Notes: generated by a model from the sequence alone, not told the origin. Counted from the first letter of the stretch, positions 31,334-41,696 are shown. The stretch: DNA of 64,000 nucleotides from an uncultured delta proteobacterium (GCA_963826785.1 CAWGYD010000003.1:351270-415269); one strand, 5' to 3'. Made by a program: numbers and translations.

Positions 31334-32317
31334 TTATCCATAGATGGCGTCTAAAGCTTGTGCCACCGGCAGGATCGATTCGATGGCGCCGCAATAGCGA
31401 CTTGATTCCGACAGCTGCCGAATCCAGCAGAGGGCGGCCCGCCCGCCCCAGGCATCCGGCCCTTCATGCAGAATTTCGCTTTGGGTGCCGTCAAACCGCT
31501 CCGCCTTGAAGTCGTAGAACGAGCCGTTGACGTTTTTAAAGGACAGCCCGCCGCCGGTGCCATAAAATACGGCGGAAATCACCGCATCCCTGCCCGCGGG
31601 GAGCCGCCAGGAGCAGGCCAGGTTCACCACCGTGCCGCAGGACAGGTCCAGGCGGGCGGCGGCATAATCCTCCACCGCGCCGGCAGAACCGTTCAAGGGG
31701 TTTCCGCCCGCATACAAACGGCTGGACACCCCGGTGATCTCAGGGCAGCCGAGCACCCACAGGGCCAGGTCCACCAGGTGAATGCCCAGATCCATCACGC
31801 ACCCGCCGCCGGATTCGGACTTTTGATAATACCAGGGCTTGTCCGGGCCGTAGGCGTTGTGAAACACCAGGTCAGCGGCATACACCTTCCCGATGTCGCC
31901 GGCCGCGATCTGCTCCCGGATGGCCTCGATGCCGGCCGTGTGCCGGTAGCAAAGATCCACTCCCAGCAGCCGGTTTGCATCCTTCGCCGTTTCCACCACC
32001 CGGCGGGTTTCATCCGCATTGCGCCCCAGGGGTTTCTGGCAGAATACGGCCTTTCCCGCTGACAGCGCCGCCATGGACTGGGGCGCATGAAGGGCGCTCG
32101 GGGTGGCAATCACGATGCCGTCGATATCCAGACCCAGCAGGTCTTCCAGGCCTTCGGCCGAAGCCGCATGGGGGTGGACGGTCAGGGCCGCATCCAGAGC
32201 CTTTGCATCTTCATCCGCGACGGCCGAAATTTCGGCACAACCGCTTTCGGCAATGGCGGCCATGCGGTTCCTGCCGATCCAGCCCGCACCCAGAAAGCCG
32301 ATTCTTGCCTTATTCAA
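31334..32317 (-). CDS. Gfo/Idh/MocA oxidoreductase (start uncertain)
   Basis: GAGWIG, IATPSALH, FCQKP, SGGGCVMDLGIH. Confidence 0.85.
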   Translation of the reverse strand: MNKARIGFLGAGWIGRNRMAAIAESGCAEISAVADEDAKALDAALTVHPHAASAEGLEDLLGLDIDGIVIATPSALHAPQSMAALSAGKAVFCQKPLGRNADETRRVVETAKDANRLLGVDLCYRHTAGIEAIREQIAAGDIGKVYAADLVFHNAYGPDKPWYYQKSESGGGCVMDLGIHLVDLALWVLGCPEITGVSSRLYAGGNPLNGSAGAVEDYAAARLDLSCGTVVNLACSWRLPAGRDAVISAVFYGTGGGLSFKNVNGSFYDFKAERFDGTQSEILHEGPDAWGGRAALCWIRQLSESSRYCGAIESILPVAQALDAIYG

Positions 32318-32430
32318 AACGGGTTCGGCCGGACTTTCAATGATTCCATAGGGGTTATCTCTTTTCTTTCTTTTGGATCACTTCACTCGGCAAACGGTTT
32401 AAACGACCTCATTTTTTTGCTTCCGCCCGT

Positions 32431-32530
32431 CCGAACACCCCCCTGACCCCCCTCAAGGGGGGAATAAAAGAGGGGGGTGCCCCTCGCGGCTAAAAAGTTA
32501 TTTATTGCAAAAACACCGCCCGGCGGGGGG
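32431..32530 (-). repeat. Repeat R7 (short reverse copy retaining both conserved flanks)
   Basis: Reverse complement reads CCCCGCCGGGCGGTGTTTTTGCAATAAATAACTTT ... TTCCCCCCTTGAGGGGGGTCAGGGGGTGTTCGG. Confidence 0.85.
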
Positions 32531-32537
32531 AAGCGTT

Positions 32538-33494
32538 TTAAAAAACAATCAAAGCCTTTAAAAAACCTTCCGGCCGCTGCTGCATGGCCCGGAAGGCCTG
32601 TTCGATATTCTCGATTTCAAAGCGGTGCGTGAACAGGGGGAAGGGGTCCAATTGATTATCTGCCACTGCCGCCACTGCGGACTGCACCCCCCGGACATAC
32701 ATTCCGGGATCGCGTTCATGGGCGCAGACCACATCCAGGCCCCGCCAGTTCCACAGCTGCATGTCCACTTCCCGCAGACCGTCCTGGTGATATCCGGCAA
32801 TGATGAGCCGGCCCCGCACCCCCGTGAGTTCGCCGGCAAGCTTGAGCGGATCGGCAAACCCGGTGGCCTCGATGACACGATCGCAGTGCACCCCGCCGGT
32901 GATGGCTAAAACATTCTCCACCGTCTGGTGCACATCCCCCAGCCGCACCGCATGGTCCGCACCGCACCGGGTTGCGGTCCGGAGGGCAAAAGGCCGCCGT
33001 GAAATGGCGATAACAACGGCCCCCGCGTTTTTAGCCAGGCGGGTGATCAGCGCCCCCAGAAACCCGATGCCGATGACGGCCACGGTCTGCCCGGGGCGGA
33101 TATCGCTGCGGTGAAACACGTTCATGGCGCATCCCAGGGGCTCGCCGGGAAACGGCTTCTGATCCAGAACGGCCGGAAGGGGAATGACGTTTTCCGCCCC
33201 CGTGACATCATATTCGGCATAGGCCTTACAGGACATCAATGTCACCCGGTCCCCTTCCCGGACGGCGCCGGCCCCTTTTCCGGCCGCATCCACGATCCCC
33301 CAGGCCTCATGGCCGGGGGCGCCGGGCACCCGGGGATATTGAAACCAGGGCCGCCCTTCGAAAACGGGCAGGTTGGAGCCGCACAGGCCGCACCCTTCCA
33401 CTTTCACCCGCACCTCCCCCGGGCCGGGGTCCGGAATGGGGACCGATTCGATCCGGATGGATTCGGGCGCCGCAAAAACCGCTGCCCGCATCAT
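32538..33494 (-). CDS. Zn-dependent MDR dehydrogenase lacking the structural-Zn loop
   Basis: CGLCGSN, GHE, GIGFLG; ATGA overlap. Confidence 0.85.
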   Translation of the reverse strand: MMRAAVFAAPESIRIESVPIPDPGPGEVRVKVEGCGLCGSNLPVFEGRPWFQYPRVPGAPGHEAWGIVDAAGKGAGAVREGDRVTLMSCKAYAEYDVTGAENVIPLPAVLDQKPFPGEPLGCAMNVFHRSDIRPGQTVAVIGIGFLGALITRLAKNAGAVVIAISRRPFALRTATRCGADHAVRLGDVHQTVENVLAITGGVHCDRVIEATGFADPLKLAGELTGVRGRLIIAGYHQDGLREVDMQLWNWRGLDVVCAHERDPGMYVRGVQSAVAAVADNQLDPFPLFTHRFEIENIEQAFRAMQQRPEGFLKALIVF

Positions 33495-34570
33495 GCCACT
33501 GTCTTTCCGGCCGACAGTTGCACTTCGGCTGCGGGGAGGGTTTCGGCCAGCCAGCCCCGAAGACGGGCAAGCCCTTCCTCGATGCCGGTTTTCGGTTTCC
33601 ATCCCGTCGTGCGCTGGAATCTGGAGATGTCGGACACGTAATATTTCTGATCTTCGGTGCGCCATTTATCGAACAGGACCTCGGGCGCACTTCCTTCCAT
33701 GCGCTCGATCAGGTGGATGAGCTCCAGCAGCCCCAGCACGTTTTGCGGGCCGCCGCCGATATTGAATGCCTGGGCCGACAGATCGTCGATGTTCTCCCGG
33801 GCGGCCATCAGGGCATCCACCAGGTCATCCACGAACAGCACATCGCGGACCTGGAATCCGTCCCCGTAAAGGACAATCGGTTTCCGGTTCAGGGCCTGAA
33901 TGAGAAAATGGGCCACCCACCCCTGGTCCTCCGTGCCGAACTGGTGCGGACCGTAAATGCAGCTCATGCGAAACACGGCAGTGGGCATTCCGTAAATCCG
34001 GCTGTAATCGAGCACATACTGGTCGGCGGCCCCTTTGGAGCAGCCATAGGGGCTCCTGAAGTCAAGGGGGAACGATTCGCTGATCCCGTTTTCACGGATG
34101 CGGGCATCCATCGGTTCATACCGGTTGGCCCCGCGGCCGCATTTCAGATCATTGAGTTTGCCGTACACCTTGTTGGTGGACGTAAACACCAGGGGAATGC
34201 GGCGGCCCTGCCGGCGCATGGTCTCCAGGAGATTGAAAGTGCCCCGGACATTGACATCGAAATCGAGCACCGGATCGTCCATGCTGGTGGTGACGGCCAC
34301 CTGGGCCGCGAAATGGAATATTGAACTGGCCTGCTTGACCGAACGCTGCAGGGCGGTTTCATGGCAGATGTTTGCCACTTCCACGGCCACCCGGTCGCCA
34401 TAGGTGTTCCCCAGCCAGTTGAGATTGCGCTCCACCCCCGGACGCGACAGGTTGTCGTAAATCAGCACCTGCTCCCCCGCCGACAGCAGCCGCCGGGCCA
34501 GGTTGGTGCCGATGAAGCCGGCCCCCCCGGTAATCAGGGTATAGGATCTGGGTTTGGGTCTGACCGCCAT
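33491..34570 (-). CDS. NAD-dependent epimerase (CDP-paratose 2-epimerase-like)
   Basis: TGGAGFIG, AAQVAVTTS, STNKVYG, PYGCSKGAADQY, RMSCIYG. Confidence 0.85.
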   Translation of the reverse strand: MAVRPKPRSYTLITGGAGFIGTNLARRLLSAGEQVLIYDNLSRPGVERNLNWLGNTYGDRVAVEVANICHETALQRSVKQASSIFHFAAQVAVTTSMDDPVLDFDVNVRGTFNLLETMRRQGRRIPLVFTSTNKVYGKLNDLKCGRGANRYEPMDARIRENGISESFPLDFRSPYGCSKGAADQYVLDYSRIYGMPTAVFRMSCIYGPHQFGTEDQGWVAHFLIQALNRKPIVLYGDGFQVRDVLFVDDLVDALMAARENIDDLSAQAFNIGGGPQNVLGLLELIHLIERMEGSAPEVLFDKWRTEDQKYYVSDISRFQRTTGWKPKTGIEEGLARLRGWLAETLPAAEVQLSAGKTVA

Positions 34571-34639
34571 AATCTGCGTTTCCTTATCTGGTCTTTATCC
34601 GTAGGTCATTTTACGGAATATAGGTTTGGGTAAAACCGT

Positions 34640-35782
34640 CTAATTGAATTGATAATCCCTTGAAGGCGCGACGGCCAGTCCGCGCCGGGCCAATTCGGCC
34701 GCCGCCTCTTCCACCCGGTCTTCGGACGCTTTTCCCTGGAGCCATCCGGCCAGATCCGCCAGGCCTTGCTCGAGGGAAACCTGCGGGGCGTAGCCCAATT
34801 CTCTGCGGGCCAGGGAAATGTCGGCAAAGCAGTGGCGGATGTCGCCCACCCGGTATTTTCCGGTGATCACCGGCCGGATATCGCTTTGCCCCAGTACCGC
34901 GGCGACTTTTTCGGCGATTTCGCAGACGGTATAGACATTGCCGCTGCCGATATTGAACGCCTGATAATCGGCTGCCGGGGACTGAAGGGCCAGCCGGCAG
35001 GCGCGGGATACGTCATAGACACTGACGAAATCCCGCTTCTGAAGTCCATCCTCGAATATCAGCGGCGCCTTGCCGTTTAAAATCCGGGAGGCGAATATGG
35101 CCAGAACCCCGGTGTAGGGGTTTGAAATCGACTGGCGGGGGCCGTATACATTGAAAAATCGAAGCGCCACGGTGGGAATGGCGTAGGCGGCCCCGATCAT
35201 CAGGCACATCTTTTCCTGGTCATACTTGGAAAGGGCATACAGCGACATCAGGTGGGGCGGCTTGGATTCCGGCGTGGCCACGGGCTTCAGCGGGTTTCCG
35301 GAGACATCGAAGAGCTCCCACCGCCCTTTTTTGAGCTGATCCGGATCCCGGTTCACGGCGGAAACGGGACCGGACTCGCTTTGGTACCATCCTTCCCCGT
35401 AGATGCTCATACTGGAGGCCGCCACCAGCTTTTCCACCGGCTGCTCGGCCAGGGCTTCCAGGAGAACCGCGGTCCCTAAATTATTGGTGCGGGTATACTT
35501 TTCAATTTCGTACATGCTCTGTCCGACCCCCACACAGGCCGCGAAATGAAACACCGCGGAAACACCCTTCAAGGCGGATCGGACATCCGACGGATTGCAG
35601 ACATCGCCATAGACGAATTCCGCCTCGGGGGTCAGATAATCGGGAGGAATGTTTCCCGGGCCGTGGACCTGGGGATTGAGATTATCCAGCACCCGGACCC
35701 GGTAGTTGTTCTTCAACAATTCATCGGTCAGATGAGAACCGATAAATCCGGCTCCACCCGTGATCAGCACCCGTTTCTGCAT
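34640..35782 (-). CDS. NAD-dependent epimerase/dehydratase (WbiB-like)
   Basis: TGGAGFIGSH, VGVGQSMY, SSMSIYGEG, YALSK, SNPYTGVLAIF. Confidence 0.85.
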   Translation of the reverse strand: MQKRVLITGGAGFIGSHLTDELLKNNYRVRVLDNLNPQVHGPGNIPPDYLTPEAEFVYGDVCNPSDVRSALKGVSAVFHFAACVGVGQSMYEIEKYTRTNNLGTAVLLEALAEQPVEKLVAASSMSIYGEGWYQSESGPVSAVNRDPDQLKKGRWELFDVSGNPLKPVATPESKPPHLMSLYALSKYDQEKMCLMIGAAYAIPTVALRFFNVYGPRQSISNPYTGVLAIFASRILNGKAPLIFEDGLQKRDFVSVYDVSRACRLALQSPAADYQAFNIGSGNVYTVCEIAEKVAAVLGQSDIRPVITGKYRVGDIRHCFADISLARRELGYAPQVSLEQGLADLAGWLQGKASEDRVEEAAAELARRGLAVAPSRDYQFN

Positions 35783-35999
35783 TGTTTTGCCGTCCGTATG
35801 TTTCACTGATTGATTTCAGATTGGAAAATACTGGTTTTTCAAAAGTTTATTTTTAATTAGTAATCCGAAAGGCAGACCTTCACCATAAGGTCAAAAACGT
35901 ATTTTGGAGGAAGGGCGTAATGTATTGATCGCGATTACATGCATAATCGGTTGATACGGCTGCACAACCCCGATCAGTCGAAAAATTGCCCCCGGATCA

Positions 36000-36708
36000 T
36001 CACACACGAATCATCTTGATGCCGACGGCGGTATAGGGATAGCCATGAAATGCCCGCATCCGGGGGGATACCGTTTCCCAGTCGACGGCCAGATCCACGG
36101 GACCGCAAACGGCAAATCCTTTTGCACTGAGGATGAACCGGTGAAGCCGGTCCGGATCGAATATGTTCCAGTCCACGCGAAAAGGGCTGCCCGGTCCGTC
36201 ATAGCGGATCTCTTCTTCGGCATTTCTGTAATAGTCGGTGGTGAGCAGAAGAATACCGCCGGGCCGGAGCACCCGTTGCAACGTGGCAAGGGCCAGTGAA
36301 ATGGAGGCAAGCGGGAGGTGTTCAATCACCGAGATACAGAACAGGACGTCAAACATGGAATCCGGAAAAGGGAGTGAAACCAGATCGCTTTGTACAAATT
36401 CAATGCCGGCGGCCCCGTATGCATGGATTGCGGGGGTTGGCGCCAGGTCGCATGCGGTCACCCGGTGCCCCCGGCCGGCCAGGAACAGCGGAAAAACCGA
36501 CCCCCCGCATCCCGCATCCAGAACGCGGCAGGGGCGTGTCATCCCGGACTGCTCAAGGGCCCATGGATATTCCCAGCGCTTGCTCGGGTGCAGGGTTGTG
36601 CCGGCTATCAGAATCCACCAGCGCGTCGAGTTCGGAAAGAATGTGTGAAAAAAAAGGACGGTCCAGTTCTGCAAGATCCAGAACCCGGCACGGAGGGGGC
36701 GATTTCAT
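36000..36708 (-). CDS. Class I SAM methyltransferase; probable +1 frameshift at ~36594
   Basis: KRWEYPWA, VLDAGCG, CISVIEH, LRPGG; ATG 36708 directly after the upstream stop is one base out of frame. Confidence 0.75.
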
Positions 36709-36714
36709 CAGTTT

Positions 36715-37326
36715 CTATCGGGGGCCGGCCGGAATCGTATCCGTGTGGTTGATGCACAGGACACGGCCGCCGCTCTCATCCACAAAGACCACGCTCACCG
36801 AAGCCGGACGGACGTCCAGCTGGTGGAGATGATCGAGGGGAACCCCGGCATAGGCGGCCAGGGCCGACCTTATGGGGTCGCCGTGGCTGAACAGCGCCAC
36901 CACCGCATCCGGGTACAATCGATACAGACGGTCCATTTCCCGGACCATGCGGGCCTGCACCTCGGAAACGATCTCTCCGCCCGGAATCCGGGTGATGCTG
37001 CGGAATCGATTGTACCGGTGCCACAGGGGGTCGGCGTCGAGTTGGGCAAAGGTGCGCCCGGTCCAGTCACCGGAATCGATCTCGATGATTTCCGCGTTGA
37101 TGGTTATCGGCAGGTCAAACCGTCGGGATACATATTCGGCAGTCTCCCGGGTGCGCTCCATGGGGCTTGCGAAAAGATGGCCCGGGACCACCGCGTCCAG
37201 CTGCCGGGCCATGGCCTCGGCCTGTCTGCGTCCCAAATCATTTAAATGCCATCCGGGCAGCCGGCCGTACATGACTTCGCCCACCGCATCGGTCATTCCA
37301 TGCCGGATCAGCAGAAAAAGCGTCAT
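36715..37326 (-). CDS. Histidine phosphatase family protein
   Basis: LIRHG, SPMERTRETA, FSHGD. Confidence 0.85.
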   Translation of the reverse strand: MTLFLLIRHGMTDAVGEVMYGRLPGWHLNDLGRRQAEAMARQLDAVVPGHLFASPMERTRETAEYVSRRFDLPITINAEIIEIDSGDWTGRTFAQLDADPLWHRYNRFRSITRIPGGEIVSEVQARMVREMDRLYRLYPDAVVALFSHGDPIRSALAAYAGVPLDHLHQLDVRPASVSVVFVDESGGRVLCINHTDTIPAGPR

Positions 37327-38249
37327 GACATCATCCTGGCCAAACGCGGGCCCTGTGCCGCATCCTGTGCATCCGGCACGTAGCGCCGGATCACCTGTTC
37401 GGAAAAATCGGCGAATTCCACCGGGTCGACCGGCGGACTGGTGTAGCACGGCCGCTTTCCCCGGGACGGCGGGGTAAAGCACAGGGTCAGGGTCACGTCG
37501 AAGTCTTTGAGCGCCTCCATCTGCCGGTCGAACCAGGCGGTCGCATCCGGACGGTGCCAGTCCGCCCAGCTGATGCCGGTGCGAAGCTTCTTCACGTTTA
37601 ATTTTTTGAGCCACCGGACCCCGAAATCCAGGCGCGGGTCTTCATAATGAAACCACTGGCAGATCCCCAGGGCCGGGTCATAGTACTTGATGGCCGGCTT
37701 GGCGGTGTTGTCGGCACGGATCAGCCCCATGTAGAAATGCCGGTAATACGAACTGCCCTCACTTTCCCGGTGGCGGGTGGTGGCCCCCCACGCCGGCGGC
37801 AGGTCCAGCAGGCTGTACCAGAAAATCCGGTCGACCCGGCCGATGAGCAGCTCGGCAGTGCGCTGAATGCCGAAGACCTGGACTTCGTCTGCGCCGAAGG
37901 TGGAAACCCCCACTTCGGTGACCCAGACAGGCAGATCGGTCACCGCTTCGATTTCAGCGATTTTATCCGGCCATTCATCCAGCTGCCAGTGGTTCCAGTC
38001 CAGTGGAAATCCGTGAACGGCCACCGCATCCATATCCTCAAGCACCCCCAGGCCCATCATGTTGGCCATGAAATGGGGATCAATGGGCGAGATGCCCCCC
38101 AGGACCCGGCACAATTCCGGGCGGATCTCCCGCACCCGCCGGGCGGCAAGCCGGGTCATGGCGGCAAACTCACGCCATTCCGGATCCATTTCAAAATCCC
38201 AGTGGGACAGGTTGTTGGGTTCATTCCAGAACTTGACGGCTTCAATCAT
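37323..38249 (-). CDS. Clan GH-A-like glycoside hydrolase (usually annotated beta-xylosidase)
   Basis: WNEPNN acid/base motif, VWVTEVG nucleophile motif; no signal peptide. Confidence 0.75.
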   Translation of the reverse strand: MIEAVKFWNEPNNLSHWDFEMDPEWREFAAMTRLAARRVREIRPELCRVLGGISPIDPHFMANMMGLGVLEDMDAVAVHGFPLDWNHWQLDEWPDKIAEIEAVTDLPVWVTEVGVSTFGADEVQVFGIQRTAELLIGRVDRIFWYSLLDLPPAWGATTRHRESEGSSYYRHFYMGLIRADNTAKPAIKYYDPALGICQWFHYEDPRLDFGVRWLKKLNVKKLRTGISWADWHRPDATAWFDRQMEALKDFDVTLTLCFTPPSRGKRPCYTSPPVDPVEFADFSEQVIRRYVPDAQDAAQGPRLARMMS

Positions 38250-38374
38250 GGTACAACTATATTCAGGCGTATGCGCAGGTGACAATGGGGTTGATCATGT
38301 AAGTTTGACGCAAAGAGGCTCTATTTGCGCCCGGCAATTAAGTTCCGGGGCTTTTCGGCCAACGAATGCATCTG

Positions 38375-38932
38375 CTACAGACCGGCGGCTTCCAGCACGA
38401 TAAAGAATGCGATAATCGATGCGGAAAAAATGCCCACCACCCGCCAGTGATTCTTGTGCCACAGTTCAGGAATGGTCAGCTCCCCGAAATCACCTGTTTT
38501 TAAAATGGTGCGGTCCAGGAAGGGGAACATCCAGGCGTAAATCCCGGCCCCCGCCAGCATCCCGAGAACCCCGCCGAACAGGGCATCCAGCGATCCCTGC
38601 CCCACCGCACCGGCCATGGTCCCCGGGCAGTATCCCAGGATGCCGAAACCGGCGCCGAAAATCAGGCCGCCGATGACCGTGGCGCCCAGGGATCCGGCCT
38701 TGACGTGCAGCCGGGCGAGCCCCTGGGATCTTAAGAAATAGACGCCGGCCATGCCGACCCCGATGGCACTCAGGATGACCTTGGCCACGGTCCAGTCATA
38801 GAGGAGCAGCTGCCCCATGATCAGGTCGTACTGGGTCACCCCCCCGCGCTGGAGCAGAAACCCGAAGCAAAAACCGATCAGTGCGCCGATGACCAGCTGC
38901 AAAGGTCTTTTGGAATGAAGTTTTTCGAGCAT
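38375..38932 (-). CDS. YeeE/YedE sulfur-transport family protein
   Basis: GFCFGFLL, GGLIFGAG, GYCPGT; RBS AGGAG. Confidence 0.85.
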   Translation of the reverse strand: MLEKLHSKRPLQLVIGALIGFCFGFLLQRGGVTQYDLIMGQLLLYDWTVAKVILSAIGVGMAGVYFLRSQGLARLHVKAGSLGATVIGGLIFGAGFGILGYCPGTMAGAVGQGSLDALFGGVLGMLAGAGIYAWMFPFLDRTILKTGDFGELTIPELWHKNHWRVVGIFSASIIAFFIVLEAAGL

Positions 38933-39003
38933 TTTAGATTCTCCTGCTGACATGATGGCAGCGTGCCCATCCATAATCAGCTTGATTTGTGAATGGACAC
39001 GGC

Positions 39004-39648
39004 TCAGTAAATCAAAAAGGCTGCGGCCACGCCGCCGATGAAAAAACAGGCCAGGGCGATCCAGGAGCTGACCACCAGCTGCAGGGTCCCGCTGATGCCG
39101 TGTCCGCTGGTGCACCCGTCGGCCCAGCGGGAGCCGATCCCCATGAGTGTTCCGCCCACCAGGGCGGTAAACCAGCGGTGGCTGGGCGTATAGCCGAAGG
39201 TCCTTTCCCACAGGGAGGGAACCATCCGCAGATCAAAATCGCCGGATAGCTGCGCAGATACGAATGCGCCCACCACCAGCCCCGCCACCAGCATCCATTC
39301 CCATCCGATTTTCGGGACGTAGCGCTCAAAATAGGGCTGCTTTTTCACATCAATGCCCGTGAGCCGCTGTTCGATCATGCCGGCGGTTCGGGCATAGGCC
39401 GTGGACACCCCCAGGGGCTTATCCGAAAGCAAAAAGGCCAGCCAGCTCAAAATGCCGATGCCGATCCCCGCCACGTAGGGCGACCAGCGCTTCAGGGTCC
39501 ACACCGACTGGGAGATCGCCCCCGATCCGTCCACGGCCCGGGTGGCCTCGGGCGTCTGTGCGGAAATCAGGTCGAAGGGGATCCCGGCCATGAGCAGCAT
39601 CAGCATCACCAGGTAAAACAGGATCAGTATGGTTTTGCGGTTTTCCAT
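39004..39648 (-). CDS. YeeE/YedE sulfur-transport family protein
   Basis: WSPYVAG, PLGVST, RWADGCTSGHGISG. Confidence 0.85.
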   Translation of the reverse strand: MENRKTILILFYLVMLMLLMAGIPFDLISAQTPEATRAVDGSGAISQSVWTLKRWSPYVAGIGIGILSWLAFLLSDKPLGVSTAYARTAGMIEQRLTGIDVKKQPYFERYVPKIGWEWMLVAGLVVGAFVSAQLSGDFDLRMVPSLWERTFGYTPSHRWFTALVGGTLMGIGSRWADGCTSGHGISGTLQLVVSSWIALACFFIGGVAAAFLIY

Positions 39649-39680
39649 CTCTTTCTCCTTATGATCGTATTCCGGAGGCA

Positions 39681-41069
39681 TCATTTAACCTCCGCAACAG
39701 GGCAGCCGGCCGCCTGGCAGGCGGACATGGAGCCGAGGTTGTCCTCCACCCGTCCGAATTCGTGCTGCTTGAGGATGGACGCTGCGATGATGGCACGCAT
39801 GCCGCTGCCGCAGAAGGTGGTCACCGGCTTATCCCTGGGAATCCGGTCGATCTGTCCGGGAAGGTCTCCCAGAAACACGTGCATCGAATCGGCAAATGTG
39901 CCCTCTTCCTTCAGTTCCGATTCCTCCCGCACATCCAGCAGCGTAAAATCGGCTTTTTTTTTAAACCGCTCCACCAGTTCATTCACGTGCACCGACGCGA
40001 TACGGTCATAGGGGCGTCCGGAAGTCTCCCAGCCGGACATACCGCCGGCCAGGTAGCCGGCGATGCGGTCGTATCCCAGGCGGATCAGGTAGCGGACCGC
40101 GCGGGCCACGTCCTCGCTGCTGTTGACCACCAGGCCGATGTCCCGGTCATAGGGGATGAAATATCCGCCGTATGCGGGGATCAGCTCCAGCGGGATGGCC
40201 AGGCTCTTCGGGATGAAGGCCCCGGCAAAAGCCTCCGGGCTCCGGACATCGAGCACCAGCATGCCTTCTTCCATGGCACGGGCAAAGGCGTCCGCCGACA
40301 AGGGATCGGGCCTGGGGAGGCTGTCCATGTCCGGCGGCCCCTGCTGGTTGTATTGCTCCATCTTCTTGAAATAGGGCGGCTGATGCGGGTTTTCCCGCAC
40401 CTTGCGCTCGATGTATTCCTCCCGGGAGGAGACCTGCAGGGCGGGGTTGTTCTCTCGTTCATATCCCAGGGTGGAAAACTCCCGTGCGGCCATTCCCGAA
40501 CCGCACACGGAACCCGAGCCGTGGGCGGGAAACAGGATCACCTGGTCACCCAGGGGCAGAATCTTATTGAAGATGCTGTCATACTGCATTCCGGCGACTT
40601 CGGCGACCCGGTCCGGCAGCAGGTCGGTGCGCCCCACCGACCCGATAAACAAGAGATCGCCGGTGAACACCGCGATGGGCTGATCCCCGAAGCTGCTGTC
40701 TTTCACCACCAGGGAAATGCTCTCCAGGGTATGCCCGGGCGTCTCCAGAATGGCAATTTTCAAGTTGCCGATTTCAAAAGTATCCCCCTCGGACACCGGG
40801 TGGCCGTAGGCGAAATCCAGATCTTTGCCGTGGTAGACCGCCGCACCGGTTTTCCGGGCCAGGCCCCGGGAGCCGATGACGTAATCCTCGTTGCGGTGGG
40901 TCTCGAAAATATGGGTGATCCGGGCGTTGTTCTGCTGTGCGATATGGATATAAAGGTTAAAATCCCGACGCGGATCGATGACGGCCGCCTGTCCGCCCTG
41001 CCCCAGGATGTAGGACAGGTGCGACAACCCTTCGGATTTGACTTTCTCCAGAAAAATGGGGCTTCCCAT
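39681..41069 (-). CDS. MBL-fold hydrolase with two rhodanese domains (persulfide dioxygenase/CstB-like)
   Basis: THRNEDY, TPGHT, FTGD, PAHGSGSVCG, LDVR twice, FCGSGMRA. Confidence 0.85.
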   Translation of the reverse strand: MGSPIFLEKVKSEGLSHLSYILGQGGQAAVIDPRRDFNLYIHIAQQNNARITHIFETHRNEDYVIGSRGLARKTGAAVYHGKDLDFAYGHPVSEGDTFEIGNLKIAILETPGHTLESISLVVKDSSFGDQPIAVFTGDLLFIGSVGRTDLLPDRVAEVAGMQYDSIFNKILPLGDQVILFPAHGSGSVCGSGMAAREFSTLGYERENNPALQVSSREEYIERKVRENPHQPPYFKKMEQYNQQGPPDMDSLPRPDPLSADAFARAMEEGMLVLDVRSPEAFAGAFIPKSLAIPLELIPAYGGYFIPYDRDIGLVVNSSEDVARAVRYLIRLGYDRIAGYLAGGMSGWETSGRPYDRIASVHVNELVERFKKKADFTLLDVREESELKEEGTFADSMHVFLGDLPGQIDRIPRDKPVTTFCGSGMRAIIAASILKQHEFGRVEDNLGSMSACQAAGCPVAEVK

Positions 41070-41290
41070 TATTTTCCTCCTTATCTGCTGGAAATTCGTA
41101 ATTTGATTTACATTTCCGTATGATTTCTATTATCTTAATCGAACCGTGTACGACGGCGACATTAGGCATACCCGGTATTCAGAGGAAAAAATCCGATGTA
41201 AATTTAGGCGTGCGGCCCGGTACCGGAAAAGATATGCCTGCGGGTTTCTCCCCGTGAACGTAACGTGCACGAAAAACTGAGAACTTCCGT

Positions 41291-41560
41291 GAAAGCGCCC
41301 CACCCCGCTACGCGATGTTTTTACAGTGAGGAACTTTTCAGCGGCAGCCGAAGTACACCCCCCTTTAATTCCCCCCTCAAGGGGGGATTCGGCCTTGGAA
41401 TTACGACAAAATTCTCCCCTCGAGGGGGGAACTCTTTTTTACCCCCCCCAGCGAGGGGGGACTCCTTTTTTAATTCCCCAGCGAGGGGGGGACTCCTTTT
41501 TTTATTCCCCCCTGCGAGGGGGGACCAAGGGGGGTGTTGGACCTGTGGATAACAAAAAAA
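41291..41560 (+). repeat. Repeat R8: full element with five hairpins
   Basis: Left flank GAAAGCGCCCCACCCCGC..TGTTTTTACAGTGAGGAACTTT; units CCCCAGCGAGGGGGGACTCCTTTTT; right flank GGGGGGTGTTGGACCTGTGGATAACAAAA. Confidence 0.9.
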
Positions 41561-41696
41561 TGAAGTCGCTTAATAAATACGTTTTGCGCCGCATCCGATT
41601 TGAATCCGGTCAAAAACGGGGCCATTATGTAGTCGGTTAGCGATATCGGCGCCGGGTCTCCGGCGCGCATGGGCACAAAACAGGAAGGAAAATGAG

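Noticed and set aside
38300..38350. Sigma54 or ECF promoter ahead of the glyco cluster (GGAACTTAATTGC, minus strand)
   Set aside because: GG-to-GC spacing is one base short for sigma54, and there is no matching ECF -10 element.
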